From contig NC_014148.1 of the NCBI RefSeq assembly GCF_000092105.1, positions 4,770,001 through 4,802,000 of the forward strand: a DNA stretch of 32,000 nucleotides, in the 5' to 3' direction. Shown piece by piece: positions 29,829-32,000 of the stretch. Each line of letters starts with the position of its first letter. The first letter of the stretch is position 1. The position numbers were made by a program, and so were the translations under genes. This stretch comes from Planctopirus limnophila DSM 3776. Lineage in GTDB: Bacteria > Planctomycetota > Planctomycetia > Planctomycetales > Planctomycetaceae. Under the pieces are notes generated by a model that was given only the letters and a program-made list of their open reading frames with translations, was not told the DNA's origin and did no database searches.

Positions 29829-30662
29829 ATGGGCCTGTTTCATCATCAGAAAAAACTGTTACTGCTCCTGCTGTTCAGCATCGGGGCCTGGATATCACTG
29901 CGATTTTCAACCATGCCACCAGCCGCTGCCCAAGCGTTGCCATCGCGAAATTTTGCCGTGGTCGAACTCTTTACTTCGGAAGGTTGCAGCAGTTGTCCGC
30001 CTGCCGATGAAGTTCTCGCAGGGCTTGTTTCGCAGAATCCCTCACGTTCGTCCGGCGAGGTCATCGCACTCGGCTTTCATGTCGATTACTGGGATCGCCT
30101 CGGCTGGAAAGATCCATTTTCGAGTGCGGCAGCCACCCGCCGCCAGCATGCTTACGCTTCTCAGTTTGGCAATGACCAGGTCTACACCCCGCAATTGGTG
30201 GTCAACGGTGCGATTGGCTTCGTGGGCTCGAAGAAAACTCTGGCTGAAAAAGCTGTCGAAAGAGCTCTCACGTTATCACCACAAGTTCACCTGGCCATCG
30301 AGCGGGCACCCTCGACTTCATCCTCAGTAAAATCATTGAACGTCACGACGAAATTGTCCAAGGCGCCTGGCGAGGCCATGGCTGAGAAGTATCAGGTTCT
30401 GCTGGCTTTGGTCCAGAAATCAGCGACAACCAACGTCAAGCACGGCGAAAACAGCGGTCTTCAACTCCGGCACGTCAACGTCGTCCGGGACTTTGACGTT
30501 CAGGAGGCGAAGCAATCCTCCGTCTCGAACCAGTCGATACAGAATTCATGGCAGTTTCGGCTTCCTGTGGGCGTTTCGGTTCAGGATCTGGAATTGGTCG
30601 CAGTCGCTTATGACGCAGAGAGCCATCAGGCCGTCGGGGCGACACGTCTGGCTGTTCAGTGA
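29829..30662 (+). CDS. Secreted DUF1223 (thioredoxin-like) protein
   Basis: The ATG at 29829 is preceded by aaggag and followed by the signal peptide MGLFHHQKKLLLLLLFSIGAWISL. DUF1223 hallmarks are VELFTSEGCSSCPPAD, GFHVDYWDRLGWKDPF and VYTPQLVVNG. The longest ORF start (TTG at 29544) lies in the repeat region, so I reject it. Confidence 0.85.
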   Translation: MGLFHHQKKLLLLLLFSIGAWISLRFSTMPPAAAQALPSRNFAVVELFTSEGCSSCPPADEVLAGLVSQNPSRSSGEVIALGFHVDYWDRLGWKDPFSSAAATRRQHAYASQFGNDQVYTPQLVVNGAIGFVGSKKTLAEKAVERALTLSPQVHLAIERAPSTSSSVKSLNVTTKLSKAPGEAMAEKYQVLLALVQKSATTNVKHGENSGLQLRHVNVVRDFDVQEAKQSSVSNQSIQNSWQFRLPVGVSVQDLELVAVAYDAESHQAVGATRLAVQ

Positions 30663-30860
30663 AGGCTTTCGGGGGAACTCTCTTCAGTCGCTGCTCACAG
30701 CCAGCTTTTCATCAACCGCACCCAGCCTGCTCTTCCACCAGCTTTCCCCCTTTCTCCCTTCCCGCCTTCTTCCCTTCCAAAACAACCTCTCTTGACAGTT
30801 TGGCCGCTTTTCCTTGGACTTCACACTCATGGATCGAGTTGACGAAGTTCGGAGAACAGC

Positions 30861-31874
30861 ATGAAGTATCTCGTGACCGGGGCCGCTGGCTTTATTGGCT
30901 TTCATACCACCAAGAAACTCATCGCCCGGGGCGATACCGTCGTCGGGCTCGACAACCTCAACGATTACTATCAGGTCAGCCTCAAGCACGACCGGCTGGC
31001 CCAGCTCAAAAATCTGCCGGACTTCGCATTCGAGCAGATTGAACTGGCCGATCGACCAGCCATGAAATCACTCTTCGAACGCCATCAGTTCGATGTGGTC
31101 ATTCACCTGGCGGCTCAAGCCGGTGTTCGCTATTCGCTCACCAATCCACAGGCCTACATCGACAGCAATCTCGTCGGCTTCTGCGAGATTCTCGAAGGCT
31201 GTCGGCATTCCGGTGTGAAACATCTCGCCTATGCGTCGTCATCCTCGGTTTATGGCGGCAACACCAAAATGCCCTTCTCGATTCACGACAACGTCGATCA
31301 TCCCGTCAGCCTCTACGCCGCCACCAAAAAAGCCAACGAGCTGATGGCCCACACTTACAGCCACCTCTTCCGGCTCCCCACCACCGGCCTCCGATTCTTC
31401 ACCGTCTACGGCCCCTGGGGAAGACCTGATATGGCTATGTGGATCTTCACCAAAGCCATTCTCGAAGGCCGCCCCATCGATGTCTTCAACGAAGGGAAAA
31501 TGCGGCGAGACTTCACCTTCATTGACGATATCGTCGAAGGGGTCGTCCGTGTCGCCGACAACATTCCGGTTCCAAACACTAGTTGGCAGAGCGATCATCC
31601 CGATCCCGCCACCAGTTCCGCCCCCTATCGCGTTTACAATATTGGCAACAATCGCCCTGAAGATCTGATGGAAATGATTGGGATTCTCGAATCCTGCCTC
31701 GGGAAAAAAGCCGAAAAACGACTCCTACCCATGCAGCCGGGCGATGTTCCCGCCACCTATGCCGATGTCGATGATCTCGTCAAAGATGTCGGTTTTAAAC
31801 CCGCAACTCCACTCGCCACAGGGATCCAGCGATTCGTCGACTGGTACCGCTCCTACCATAAAATTCCTGCGTAG
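30861..31874 (+). CDS. NAD-dependent SDR epimerase, UDP-glucuronate 4-epimerase-like (CapI/LpsL/GAE type)
   Basis: [55 protein letters not shown] and the catalytic YAATKKANE (YxxxK). ggaga lies upstream of the ATG. Confidence 0.85.
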   Translation: MKYLVTGAAGFIGFHTTKKLIARGDTVVGLDNLNDYYQVSLKHDRLAQLKNLPDFAFEQIELADRPAMKSLFERHQFDVVIHLAAQAGVRYSLTNPQAYIDSNLVGFCEILEGCRHSGVKHLAYASSSSVYGGNTKMPFSIHDNVDHPVSLYAATKKANELMAHTYSHLFRLPTTGLRFFTVYGPWGRPDMAMWIFTKAILEGRPIDVFNEGKMRRDFTFIDDIVEGVVRVADNIPVPNTSWQSDHPDPATSSAPYRVYNIGNNRPEDLMEMIGILESCLGKKAEKRLLPMQPGDVPATYADVDDLVKDVGFKPATPLATGIQRFVDWYRSYHKIPA

Positions 31875-31976
31875 AACCATTTCCACTCTGGCGTTGCCTT
31901 CGAAAGACAGGATACTTCGAACGGGCAATAGGGTTCTTCGACGATTTCTGCAGAGCGAATTGAGAAAGTCAGTCCC

Positions 31977-32000
31977 ATGAAACTGGTGGTTGTAGGCACA
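31977..32000 (+). CDS. 5-prime end of a gene running off the window, possibly UDP-glucose 6-dehydrogenase
   Basis: Only MKLVVVGT is visible. It resembles the start of the dehydrogenase Rossmann motif (MKxxVxGxGYVG), and such genes commonly sit beside UDP-glucuronate epimerase genes. This is very limited evidence. Confidence 0.25.

Overview
This is a chromosomal segment that looks planctomycete. The evidence is two prepilin-type DUF1559 proteins with the H-X9-DG motif, a DUF1549/DUF1553 plus DUF1501 gene pair, Tat-signal Gfo/Idh/MocA oxidoreductases and few Shine-Dalgarno sites. Sampled lines of the housekeeping background are roughly 55-60% GC. Confident core genes are mfd, leuS, a ThiF-family adenylyltransferase, a CheY-like response regulator and a UDP-glucuronate 4-epimerase-like SDR. 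I found no rRNA, tRNA, CRISPR array, transposase or integrase. Three things stand out. (1) A stand-alone OLD-family gene (ABC ATPase fused to Toprim) sits in a clearly AT-rich island at about 330-2400 and is a candidate single-gene anti-phage defence locus. (2) A roughly 1.17 kb AT-rich two-gene cassette lies downstream of leuS. It encodes a SUKH/SMI1-KNR4-like immunity-type protein and a small acidic protein, and is bracketed by two about 116-nt direct repeats (about 90% identical) that are themselves built from three palindromic modules. (3) A REP-like intergenic hairpin family occurs four times, plus one half copy. Its 8-nt loop is conserved and its stem shows compensatory changes (CAC/GTG versus TGC/GCA). 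Smaller observations are a 27-nt direct repeat flanking the oxidoreductase gene, a tandemly duplicated DUF1559 plus lipoprotein module, an EF-hand pair inside the DUF1549/DUF1553 protein, and an HTH plus domain-only ParB-like gene pair. All functional calls rest on motif recognition by eye. No database search was run.
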